Assembly: GCA_038207335.1 (NCBI GenBank)
Contig: JBBQZX010000041.1
Location: 1 to 26,819, forward strand
From: Chthoniobacterales bacterium
GTDB lineage: Bacteria; Verrucomicrobiota; Verrucomicrobiia; Chthoniobacterales; Chthoniobacteraceae
DNA length: 26,819 nt
Direction of reading: 5' to 3'
The position numbers and the translations under genes are program-made. The stretch's first letter is position 1, and every line of letters starts with the position of its first letter. A model generated the notes under the pieces. The model saw only the letters and a program-made list of their open reading frames with translations, made no database searches and had not been told where the DNA came from. Below, piece by piece: positions 18,319 to 26,819 of this stretch.

Positions 18319-20136
18319 CTACGCCTTTCTGCCGAACTTCTTTTCGAGCTCGAGGTAGCTCATTTGGATCATCGTCGGTCGGCCGTGGGGGCAGCAGTAT
18401 GGGAGGTCGCAGGCGAGGAGGTCTTGGATGAGGCGGACAAGCTCGGGCTCGCGAAGGTAGTCGTTGGCTTTGACGGCGTGGCGGCAGACGGTTTTCGCGA
18501 TCATGTCTTCGCCGAGACGAAGTTTTGATGTCTGGGTGCTGGTCTCGCGGAGGTCGTCGATGATGTCGCGGATGAGCTGCGACGGGTCGCTCGAGCGCAG
18601 GAATGTCGGGAGGGTATCGACCTTGAAAGTGGCGCTACCAAAAGGTTCCAGGCCGATGCCGGCGCGCTCGAGCACGTCGAGATGACGCGTGAGCCAGTCG
18701 GCGTCGCGGGGCGTGACTTGCAGCGTGAGGGGCATGAGAAGGCGCTGCGCAGGGACGCCTTGCTGCTCCATGCGGGCGCGCATTTCCTCGAACAAAATGC
18801 GCTCGTGGGCCGCGTGCTGATCGACGAGCACAAGGCCGCTCGCGTTCTCCATGAGGACGTAAAGCTTGCCGAGAACGCCGAGGATTTTGAAGTCGCGCGG
18901 GGCGGCGTGCTGGCCGGGGATTGGCTCTGGTTGAGGTTTTGGGGGCGGAGCGTCGAATGTCAGAGGTTCGGAGTCGGACGATTTTTGGGATTCGGGCCAA
19001 TCGCGGCGGAGCACGATTTGCTCAGGCTCGGGGATGAGCGAAGGGAGGTCGTCAGAGGCGTTTGCGAGAAACGCGGGTGCGACATTGAGTGGAGCGGGAG
19101 GGGCTGCGGGCGACGCGGGGTTGAAGATTTGGCTCCATTCGGCGCGGTCGCTTTCCAAGGTGCGGCGGATGGCTTGGACGACGGCTTCACGAATGTCGGC
19201 GGCGTTGCGGAAACGGACTTCGCGCTTTGCAGGATGGACGTTCACATCGACAGCGGCGGGGTCCATTTCGATGAAAAGAAAGGTCACAGGATGCTGACCT
19301 TTCATCAGCGCGGTGTGGTATCCCTCGCGCAGCGCGAAGCTGATCGTGCTGTTCTCGACCGCACGCCCATTTAAGAAAACGAGTTGCTGCTGGCGCGAGG
19401 ATCGGCTGACTCCGGCGCGGCCGATGGAGCCGCGGATGCTGATTCCATCGGCCTCGAACGGCGGGACCTCGAGCATTTCGGCGGCGAGCGCGGGGCCGCA
19501 AAGATCGCGGATGCGGTCGATGAGGCGCGCAGCAGGCGGGAGCTGATAGACGACGCGCTCGTCATTTAAAAAGACGAAGCCGACGTGAGGGTGGCCGATG
19601 GCCTGGAGGTGGAGCTGGTGCTCGACGTGGCTGGCTTCGGTGTTTTCGGTGCGGAGAAATTTTCGCCGCGCGGGGAGGTTGTAGAAAAGCGAGCGGACTT
19701 CGATCTGAGTGCCGGGAGCGTCGCCACCATCGCGGACGCTCTCGATTTTACCCGCCGAGATGATGACCTCGGTGCCGGCGATGGCGTCGCGCTCGCGGGT
19801 GGCGAGGCGGAAGCGGGAGACGCTGGCGATGCTCGGGAGTGCCTCGCCGCGGAAGCCGAGCGTGGAGATGGCAGCGAGGTCGGAGCCGGTGCGGATTTTC
19901 GATGTGGCGTGGCGCTCGAGGCAGAGGAGGGCGTCGTCGCGGTCCATGCCGGTGCCGTTGTCGATGACGCGGATGTAGCTGATGCCGCCGCGGCGGATGA
20001 GGACCTCGATGCGCGTGGCCTGGGCGTCGATGGCGTTTTCGACGAGCTCCTTGACGACGGAGGCCGGGCGCTCGACGACTTCGCCGGCGGCGACCTGGCT
20101 GGCGACGGATTCGGAGAGGAGAGCGATGCGGGACAT
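18319..20136 (-). CDS. mutL: DNA mismatch repair endonuclease MutL
   Basis: AAGEVVERPASVVKELVENAIDA, GFRGEAL, DVNVHPAKREV, endonuclease DQHAAHERILFE and CPHGRP. Start is ATG 20136. Confidence 0.97.
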   Translation of the reverse strand: MSRIALLSESVASQVAAGEVVERPASVVKELVENAIDAQATRIEVLIRRGGISYIRVIDNGTGMDRDDALLCLERHATSKIRTGSDLAAISTLGFRGEALPSIASVSRFRLATRERDAIAGTEVIISAGKIESVRDGGDAPGTQIEVRSLFYNLPARRKFLRTENTEASHVEHQLHLQAIGHPHVGFVFLNDERVVYQLPPAARLIDRIRDLCGPALAAEMLEVPPFEADGISIRGSIGRAGVSRSSRQQQLVFLNGRAVENSTISFALREGYHTALMKGQHPVTFLFIEMDPAAVDVNVHPAKREVRFRNAADIREAVVQAIRRTLESDRAEWSQIFNPASPAAPPAPLNVAPAFLANASDDLPSLIPEPEQIVLRRDWPESQKSSDSEPLTFDAPPPKPQPEPIPGQHAAPRDFKILGVLGKLYVLMENASGLVLVDQHAAHERILFEEMRARMEQQGVPAQRLLMPLTLQVTPRDADWLTRHLDVLERAGIGLEPFGSATFKVDTLPTFLRSSDPSQLIRDIIDDLRETSTQTSKLRLGEDMIAKTVCRHAVKANDYLREPELVRLIQDLLACDLPYCCPHGRPTMIQMSYLELEKKFGRKA

Positions 20137-20173
20137 GGAGCGCGTTTTTGCAGTCGAGCGGGCCTGCGGCGCT

Positions 20174-20211
20174 GAACATCGAACATTCAACATCGAACAT
20201 CGAACATCGAA
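20174..20211. repeat. Heptamer tandem repeat (GAACATC)x~5.4
   Basis: GAACATC GAACATT CAACATC GAACATC GAACATC GAA, between the divergent mutL and ErpA/IscA genes. Confidence 0.9.
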
Positions 20212-20293
20212 GTGGAGAAATTGCAGGGCGCGCGGCGAAAGGCGCTGACTCGCCCCTCGACAGGAGCGGCTGCACGATTAAATTCCCGTCGAA

Positions 20294-20656
20294 ATGATCA
20301 CTCTCACCGATGCAGCCGTGAAGCAGCTCCAGACGCTTGTGGGGGAGCATGGCGATGCGACGAAGGGGTTGCGGATTTTTGTGGAGAGCGGCGGGTGCGC
20401 AGGGATGCAGTATGGAATGTCGCTGGACGACGCGAATGACGGCGACGAGATCGCGGAGCGGGACGGGATGAGGGTGATCGTCGATCCGGAAAGCGCGCCG
20501 TATTTATATGGAGCGACGATCGATTACTCGGACGATTTGGCGGGTGCGGGATTTCGGATCAAGAACCCGAATGCAGTGCGGAGTTGCGGCTGCGGGACTT
20601 CGTTTGAGGTGGGTGAGGGAGAGGCGAATTCGCCCGCTGAAAGCGCACAACATTGA
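20294..20656 (+). CDS. A-type Fe-S carrier (HesB/IscA/ErpA family)
   Basis: MITLTDAAV, GLRIFVESGGCAGMQY, GATIDY and NPNAVRSCGCGTSF. Confidence 0.95.
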   Translation: MITLTDAAVKQLQTLVGEHGDATKGLRIFVESGGCAGMQYGMSLDDANDGDEIAERDGMRVIVDPESAPYLYGATIDYSDDLAGAGFRIKNPNAVRSCGCGTSFEVGEGEANSPAESAQH

Positions 20657-20696
20657 TGCAAAAAGCGGGCGACGAGCGCGTCCCGCGGGCTGACGA

Positions 20697-22178
20697 ATGG
20701 CGAACGACTCCTACCGCTACGACGACGATGACGCGCAGCCGCGCGGAAAGGACAACCTGTTTCTGTGGACAGTTTTCATCCTGCTGCTGATCGGCGTCGC
20801 GTTCGCGTGCTGGCTCGGGAGCTTCTACATTTTCGGCCACCCGGAGAATCCGAAAGCGTATCGGATTTTGAAAAAGCTGCACAAACTGGAGGCACCGAAA
20901 CGCTTCGAGGTGACGGCGGCGCCGCGCGGTGATTTTTCGAGCGCACAAAAACTTTACGAGCGTTACGGCAGCCTCACGCGGCTGGAGATGGAGCGGGAAA
21001 ATGGGGAACTGCTGCGGAACTACATCAACAACTACCGCGACACGAAAAAGCTCGTGGCTTACATCCGCGGTCGGTTCAATATTTTGGATTCGTATGCGCT
21101 GAAAAAAGGGGACTTTTTCGAGACAGGCGTGGTCGCGCTGGCGCAGGCGGCGGAGTATCCGAAGGTGCTGATCGAGCACGTCTATCCATCCGCGGCGGAG
21201 ACGGTGCCGATGCTGGAAAATATGCTACAGACAGGGCTCGGGATGAGCATCGAGCGGACGCTGGATTTGTCGGCGATCATCCATGTGGAGCGCATCCCGG
21301 ATGGGCGACTGATGTTCACGGTGGTGCCTCTCTTATATGGAACGTATGCGCTGAAGCAGGGGGAAGGCACGTTTGGGCTGGAGCCGCCGGAGGACTTGAA
21401 TCCGGCGGGCGGGGTGCCGATCACGAAGCCGAAGGAGCTGCAGGATGGGCTAAAGAAATATGCAGATTTTCGGCGGCAGAATCCGCCGGCGAATAGCGAG
21501 ACGATGGACACGACGATGCCGGTGAAGAAGAGTGAAGAACTGGTGCGGCTCGATGCGATTCCCGAGGGGGCAAAGGTGCCCGAGACTGGCGCGCTGCCAC
21601 CGATGCCAGTGGCGACGCCGATCCCGCTGCACGCCGCCGCGACTCCACGAAAGGCGACTCCACCGCCCCTGGTGGCGATGCTAGCGACGCCTCGGCCCGT
21701 GCCTGTCGCGACGCCGATCCCCTTGGCGACTCCGATTCCGCGGATGTCGCCGCAGGGCGTGCCGCTGACACCATTCATCGCGGCGAATCCGGCGCCCGGA
21801 TTGCCGGATGCGAACAGCGGAAAGTGGCGCACGTATGCTGCGGGGAAATTGCCGCCGGGGCGCACGGTGGATGCGGTGGAGGCTGCATCGCTCGCGGGGC
21901 GCGGGGATCTCGGGGAGAAGGTGTATTTGAGCGGGCAATTCGTCGTGACGGCGAGTGGCGAGAGCACGGCGATTTTGCGTCCGCAATCGACTGTGGATCC
22001 GTCGCGCCCGGCACCGGCGCCGACGCGAATTATTGTGGAATTTCCGGCGGGCTACGTTCCGCCGGCAGAAGGCAAATCATTTGCGCGAGATGCTTCGCGG
22101 GCATTCGAGGTGCGCGATGTGCGGCGCGGCGCGGATGGGCAAATCAATATCTACGTGAGGGAAGTCATCGGGGGGTGA
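20697..22178 (+). CDS. Hypothetical single-pass membrane protein with Pro/Thr-rich linker
   Basis: 493-aa ORF with an N-terminal TM helix (LFLWTVFILLLIGVAFACWLGSFYIF), a globular region, an xATP(I/R)P repeat linker and a C-terminal globular domain. Confidence 0.8.
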   Translation: MANDSYRYDDDDAQPRGKDNLFLWTVFILLLIGVAFACWLGSFYIFGHPENPKAYRILKKLHKLEAPKRFEVTAAPRGDFSSAQKLYERYGSLTRLEMERENGELLRNYINNYRDTKKLVAYIRGRFNILDSYALKKGDFFETGVVALAQAAEYPKVLIEHVYPSAAETVPMLENMLQTGLGMSIERTLDLSAIIHVERIPDGRLMFTVVPLLYGTYALKQGEGTFGLEPPEDLNPAGGVPITKPKELQDGLKKYADFRRQNPPANSETMDTTMPVKKSEELVRLDAIPEGAKVPETGALPPMPVATPIPLHAAATPRKATPPPLVAMLATPRPVPVATPIPLATPIPRMSPQGVPLTPFIAANPAPGLPDANSGKWRTYAAGKLPPGRTVDAVEAASLAGRGDLGEKVYLSGQFVVTASGESTAILRPQSTVDPSRPAPAPTRIIVEFPAGYVPPAEGKSFARDASRAFEVRDVRRGADGQINIYVREVIGG

Positions 22179-22268
22179 GCGGCGGTTTTCCGCGGAGCGT
22201 GCCGATTCCCCGCGCGCAATAACCGCCTTGCGCTTTCCTCCGCGCTGCCAAGAATCGCGCTCCTTTTT

Positions 22269-23861
22269 ATGCCAAAACCCAAAGTTCTCGTAGCCGACCC
22301 GATCGCCGAACGCGGCATCGCCGAGCTCTCAGCCGGCGGCTTCCTCGATGTCACCGTGAAGACAGGATTGAAGGAAGATCAGCTCCTCGAAATCATCGGC
22401 GAATACGCAGCGCTCGTGGTCCGCAGCGAGACGAAGGTGAATGCGAAAGTCATCGAGGCTGCGACGAATCTCAAGGTCGTCGGGCGCGCCGGTGTCGGCG
22501 TCGATAACGTCGATGTGGAGGCGGCGACGAAGCGCGGGATTATCGTGATGAACACACCCGGCGGGAACACGATCTCGACCGCGGAGCACGCGTTTTCGCT
22601 GATGGTCTCGACCGCGCGCAGCATCCCGCAGGCGGACGCCTCGGTGAAGGCGGGCAAGTGGGAGCGCAAGTCGTTCATCGGCGTGGAGCTCTATGGCAAG
22701 ACGCTCGCGATCTTGGGCATGGGCCGCATCGGCACGGAGATCGCGAAACGCGCTCTGGCCTTTGGAATGCGCGTGCTGGCTTACGACCCGTATTTGTCGG
22801 CGAGCCGCGCGCGCTCGCTGCAGGTCGAACTCGTGGAAAAACTCGACGACATTTTGCCGCAGGCGGACTTCATCACGATGCACATGCCGCTCACGCCGGA
22901 GACGAAGCACATGCTGAATGTGCCGCGGCTCGCGATCACGAAAAACGGCGCACGGATCGTGAATTGCGCGCGGGGCGGGCTCATCGACGAAACCGCGCTG
23001 CTCGCCTCGCTGAAAAGTGGACACATCGCCGCCGCTGCGCTCGATGTGTTTGAAAATGAGCCGCTACCGGCCGACTCGCCGCTGCGAGGCGCACCGAATT
23101 TGATCTTCACGCCGCACCTCGGCGCATCGACGGCGGAGGCGCAGGAGGGCGTCGGGATCGAGGTCGCGCAGCAGATTCGCGCGGCGCTCTTGGAGGGGGA
23201 AATTCGCAACGCGGTGAATATGCCGAGCATCGACGCAAAGACGCTGGCGATCATCGGGCCGCACTTGAATCTGGGCGAAATGCTGGGGCGCTTTTTGTCG
23301 CAGATTTCGGCGAAACGGTGCGACGGGCTGAACATCAATTTCAGCGGGAAAATCAACGAGGTCGATACGACGGCGATCACGCGCTCAATCTTGAAAGGCT
23401 TTCTGCAACAGGCCGGCGGTGGCGATGTGAATGTGGTGAATGCCCCGGCATTTGCGGAGACGATCGGGCTGAAAATCACGGAGTCGCGGGAGAGCGCGCT
23501 CGGCGATTTCACGGAGCTGGTCGAACTGACGGCGGCGGGCGAGAGCGGCTGGGTGTCGGTCGCGGGCACGTTTTTTGGCAGCACGCCGCGCATCGTGAAA
23601 ATCAACGGACGGCATGTGGAAGCGAAGCCGGAGGGCGTGCTTTTTCTGCTCGAAAACAACGACCGCCCCGGGATCGTCGGGCACGTCGGCACGATGTTTG
23701 GCAAACACGGCGTAAACATCGCGGGCATGTCGCTGAGCCGGAATGAAGTCGGCGGGCAGGCGCTCACGGTGCTGAATCTCGACTCGGTGCCGAGTGACGA
23801 TTTGCTGAAAGAGTTGCTCGCGGTGCCGGACATCAAATCGGCGCAGGTCGTGCAGCTCTGA
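22269..23861 (+). CDS. serA: D-3-phosphoglycerate dehydrogenase (long form with C-terminal ACT domain)
   Basis: VVGRAGVGVDNVD, NTISTAEHA, GMGRIG, NCARGG, AALDVF, TPHLGAST.EAQ and ACT motif NNDRPGIVG. Confidence 0.96.
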   Translation: MPKPKVLVADPIAERGIAELSAGGFLDVTVKTGLKEDQLLEIIGEYAALVVRSETKVNAKVIEAATNLKVVGRAGVGVDNVDVEAATKRGIIVMNTPGGNTISTAEHAFSLMVSTARSIPQADASVKAGKWERKSFIGVELYGKTLAILGMGRIGTEIAKRALAFGMRVLAYDPYLSASRARSLQVELVEKLDDILPQADFITMHMPLTPETKHMLNVPRLAITKNGARIVNCARGGLIDETALLASLKSGHIAAAALDVFENEPLPADSPLRGAPNLIFTPHLGASTAEAQEGVGIEVAQQIRAALLEGEIRNAVNMPSIDAKTLAIIGPHLNLGEMLGRFLSQISAKRCDGLNINFSGKINEVDTTAITRSILKGFLQQAGGGDVNVVNAPAFAETIGLKITESRESALGDFTELVELTAAGESGWVSVAGTFFGSTPRIVKINGRHVEAKPEGVLFLLENNDRPGIVGHVGTMFGKHGVNIAGMSLSRNEVGGQALTVLNLDSVPSDDLLKELLAVPDIKSAQVVQL

Positions 23862-23901
23862 TCACTGCGTGCCGAGGGACTGAGGAGAGCGAAACAAAAA
23901 G

Positions 23902-25305
23902 ATGAAACTCACATTCGAAACGCGACCGGCGAAATCCGACGTGCTCTCCATCCGCTTCGTGGCGACCGATCGGCGCGGCGAAATCATGCCGCGCGTGCCG
24001 GATCAGGAATTTGCGGCGCGCACTAATTCGCTCCTGTATCTGCGCGAGCAGGAGGCGCTCTACGTCGGCATCGGAGAGCGAGAAAAGGTAAGCGCGCAGA
24101 CGTTGCGCTCGGCGGCAGGAGCGGCGGTGATGTTTCTGAAGAAAATCGGACGTACGCGCATCGCTGCGAGCCTGGAGGAGTGGCCGCAGTTCACGGGTGC
24201 CGTGGTCGAGGGATTCGTCCTCGCGGACTACCGCTTCGAGCAATTTGCGACGAAGAAAACGCCCATTCTCGAGAGCATCCGCGTGCAGGTGCTGGCGGCC
24301 GATGTGAAGACCGCGAAGCAAGCAGGCGAGCGCGGTGAGAAGATCGCGAGTGCGACAAACTACGCGCGCGAAATCGGCAATCTGCCGGGCAATCTACTTT
24401 ATCCGGAGACCCTCGCGGCGCGCGCTTCGCGGATGGCGAAGAGCAAGAAACTCGGCTTTAAAATATTCAATGAGGCTCAACTACGCGCTGGCAAATTTGG
24501 CGGCATCCTAGCGGTCGGCGCGGGCAGCGTGCGCGGGCCGCGACTCATCGTGCTGCATCATCGCGGCGGGCCGAAATCGCAGGCGCCGATCGCACTAGTC
24601 GGGAAGGCGATCACGTTCGACAGCGGCGGCATTTCGATCAAGCCGGCGGCGAACATGGAGGAGATGATTTTCGACAAATGCGGCGGGATGGCGGTTCTCG
24701 GCGCGATGTCCGGCATCGCGGAACTCGGCATCAAGCGAAACGTCGTCGGCATTATCGCGAGTGCGGAAAATATGCCGGGCTCGGCGGCGTATCGGCCGGG
24801 CGACATCGTCACGACCTACGACGGCACGCACATCGAAATCATCAACACCGACGCCGAGGGGCGTGTGGTGCTCGCGGACGCGATTGCTTTTGCGCGCAAG
24901 GACTGCAAGGCGGCGGCGATCGTCGATCTCGCGACGCTCACCGGCGCGTGCGGCGTGGCGCTCGGTGACTCGGCGGCAGGATTTTGGAGTTCCGAAGATG
25001 CGTTGAAAACACGCGTCCTTTCCGCCGCGGAGAGCGCGGGCGAGAGGCTCTGGACGATGCCGCTTTTTGCGGAGCATGAGGAGCAGATCAAGAGCGACGT
25101 GGCGCGGCTGAAAAACAGCGGCGGGCGGCTCGGCGGCGCATGCACTGCGGCGGCGTTCTTGAAACATTTCGCGGGCGAAACTCCGTGGGCGCACCTCGAC
25201 ATTGCCTACACCGCGAATCGCACGAAAGACCGCGCGGATATGGCGCGCGGCGCGACAGGCTTCGGGGTGCGGACACTCATCGAGTTGGTGCAAAGCTGGC
25301 AGTGA
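23902..25305 (+). CDS. pepA: Leucyl aminopeptidase (M17 family)
   Basis: VGKAITFDSGGISIKP, AENMP, NTDAEGRVVLAD, DLATLTGA and WAHLDIA. Confidence 0.94.
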   Translation: MKLTFETRPAKSDVLSIRFVATDRRGEIMPRVPDQEFAARTNSLLYLREQEALYVGIGEREKVSAQTLRSAAGAAVMFLKKIGRTRIAASLEEWPQFTGAVVEGFVLADYRFEQFATKKTPILESIRVQVLAADVKTAKQAGERGEKIASATNYAREIGNLPGNLLYPETLAARASRMAKSKKLGFKIFNEAQLRAGKFGGILAVGAGSVRGPRLIVLHHRGGPKSQAPIALVGKAITFDSGGISIKPAANMEEMIFDKCGGMAVLGAMSGIAELGIKRNVVGIIASAENMPGSAAYRPGDIVTTYDGTHIEIINTDAEGRVVLADAIAFARKDCKAAAIVDLATLTGACGVALGDSAAGFWSSEDALKTRVLSAAESAGERLWTMPLFAEHEEQIKSDVARLKNSGGRLGGACTAAAFLKHFAGETPWAHLDIAYTANRTKDRADMARGATGFGVRTLIELVQSWQ

Positions 25306-25359
25306 GTCTCGCGCTTGGGACGCGGCAACCGGCGAAGGTGCCACGTTCGATTGGTGAAC

Positions 25360-25608
25360 ATGGGAATCATCGGATCAATCATCATCGGCCTTCTGGTCGG
25401 AATCGTCGCGAAGCTCCTGATGCCGGGCAAAGATCCCGGCGGCTGCATCATCACCATGTTGCTCGGGCTCGCGGGCTCATTTATCGCCGGGTATCTCGGG
25501 CAGGCGATCGGCTGGTATAAAGTCGGAGACCCGGTCGGCTTTTTCGCTTCGGTCGTCGGCGCGATGATTCTCCTTCTGATCTATCGGCTCGTGATGAAGC
25601 CGCGGTAA
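25360..25608 (+). CDS. GlsB/YeaQ/YmgE (transglycosylase-associated) membrane protein
   Basis: MGIIGSIIIGLLVGIVAKLLMPGKDPGGCIITMLLGLAGS...SVVGAMILLLIYR, 82 aa. Confidence 0.93.
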   Translation: MGIIGSIIIGLLVGIVAKLLMPGKDPGGCIITMLLGLAGSFIAGYLGQAIGWYKVGDPVGFFASVVGAMILLLIYRLVMKPR

Positions 25609-25724
25609 CGCGGCTTCCCGGACCGCATTTTCCTGCGCCGCAAGTTCCACCGCGAACTTCTCACGCGCTAGCGCGAGGCGTTTGAAGTCGCGCATGTGCC
25701 GAAGCGTTTTCAGACTGCATTGAA

Positions 25725-26819
25725 TTGAATCATTATCCGTCCATCCCGACCGCGACCTACCGCTTCCAGTTCCGCAAGCATTTCAAATTCGACGCGGCCC
25801 GTGCGCTCATCCCCTATCTGGACGAACTCGGAATCAGTCACGTCTATGCGTCGCCGATTTTCACGGCATCGCCCGGGAGCCCGCATGGATACGACGTTTG
25901 CGACCACAACACGATCAACCCGGAGATCGGCACGCGGAGCGAATACGACGAGCTGACCGCCCAGCTGAAGAGCCATGGAATGAGCCAGATACTCGACTTC
26001 GTGCCGAACCACATGGGCATCGCGGAGGCGACGAATGGTTGGTGGATGGACGTGCTGGAAAATGGGCCGAGTTCACCTTACGCGCGCTACTTTGACATCG
26101 ACTGGGCGCCGGCAAAGCGGGAGCTCGAGAGCAAAGTGCTGCTCCCGATTTTGGGCGATCAATACGGGCGCGTGCTTGAGAGAGGCGACCTGAAACTCGT
26201 CTTCGAGGACGGAGCGTTTTTCGTTGAATATTTCACGCGCCGCCTGCCCGTCGCGCCGCGCACTTCGCGCCCGCTGTTGAAGCGCGCGCTGAAGAAAGTC
26301 ATCGCAAACGGAGTCGAACCACCGGCGGAGTTCGAGAGCATCATTTTCGGCCTCGAGCATGTGCCCGCGCGGCATGAGACGACACCGGAAAAAATCACGG
26401 AACGTGCGCGGGAAAAGGAGATCATCAAGCACCGACTGAAGCGACTGTGTGGCATGAACCACGCGGTGGAGAGGGCGATCACCGACGTGGTGGCGGAAAT
26501 TCAAGCGGGCGGCACAACGAAGAGCTTCGATGAGCTGGACGATCTGATTTCAAACCAGCCGTATCGGCTCGCCTACTGGCGCGTGGCGGCGGAGGAGATC
26601 AACTACCGGCGTTTCTTTGACATCAATCAGCTCGCGGCAATTCGCATGGAGCTGCCCGAGGTCTTCGAAGCCACTCACCGGCTGGTCTTCGAGCTCGTGG
26701 CGAGCGGTGCCGTGACCGGTCTGCGGATCGATCACGTGGACGGCCTTTTCCATCCCCGCGCTTATCTCGAGCAGCTGCAGCAGCGCACCTCGGAGCTGCT
26801 CGGCGCACCCGTGGAAAAT
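25725..26819 (+). CDS. treY: Malto-oligosyltrehalose synthase, 5' part running off the window end
   Basis: Open frame absent from the ORF track because it has no stop in the window. Reads IPTATYRFQF, YLDELGISHVYASP, HGYDVCDH, LDFVPNHM, WWMDVLENG, YFDIDW, INYRRFFDI and GLRIDHVDGL. Probable start is TTG 25725. Confidence 0.95.
   Translation, partial: MNHYPSIPTATYRFQFRKHFKFDAARALIPYLDELGISHVYASPIFTASPGSPHGYDVCDHNTINPEIGTRSEYDELTAQLKSHGMSQILDFVPNHMGIAEATNGWWMDVLENGPSSPYARYFDIDWAPAKRELESKVLLPILGDQYGRVLERGDLKLVFEDGAFFVEYFTRRLPVAPRTSRPLLKRALKKVIANGVEPPAEFESIIFGLEHVPARHETTPEKITERAREKEIIKHRLKRLCGMNHAVERAITDVVAEIQAGGTTKSFDELDDLISNQPYRLAYWRVAAEEINYRRFFDINQLAAIRMELPEVFEATHRLVFELVASGAVTGLRIDHVDGLFHPRAYLEQLQQRTSELLGAPVEN

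Noticed and set aside
20174..20211. CRISPR array
   Set aside because: 7-nt tandem units without spacers, and no cas genes.
24655..24690. PepA variant MEEMIFDKCGG instead of MxxMKxDMxG
   Set aside because: The metal and catalytic residues (K, D, K, D, and D/E/R in NTDAEGR) are retained. Ordinary family variation.

Overview
GC-rich bacterial chromosomal segment. Gene content and style suggest Verrucomicrobia/PVC, which is an inference. It is mostly housekeeping. In order: a decayed island-like stretch downstream of tmRNA (1-1035), ssrA (tag ANDYEDLALAA), a small lipoprotein, an Rrf2 regulator, a USP, rarA, and gyrB-gyrA with a Phd/PIN toxin-antitoxin module inserted between them. Next come an STT3/AglB-like oligosaccharyltransferase with a non-canonical WWISP motif overlapping an Lpd-like flavoprotein disulfide reductase, two bactofilins (one with double zinc ribbons), hemW, and an orphan DUF4160 gene next to a broken DUF2442 partner. 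The right part holds actP and DUF485, mutL, a 7-mer tandem repeat, an ErpA/IscA carrier, a Pro/Thr-rich membrane-anchored hypothetical protein, serA, pepA, a GlsB-family protein and the 5' part of treY. The most interesting items are the archaeal-type OST with an altered acceptor-binding motif, the TA module embedded in the gyrase operon, the Zn-ribbon bactofilin pair, and an orientation-independent C-rich to G-rich skew switch in mid-window. All family calls come from motif recognition, not database searches.
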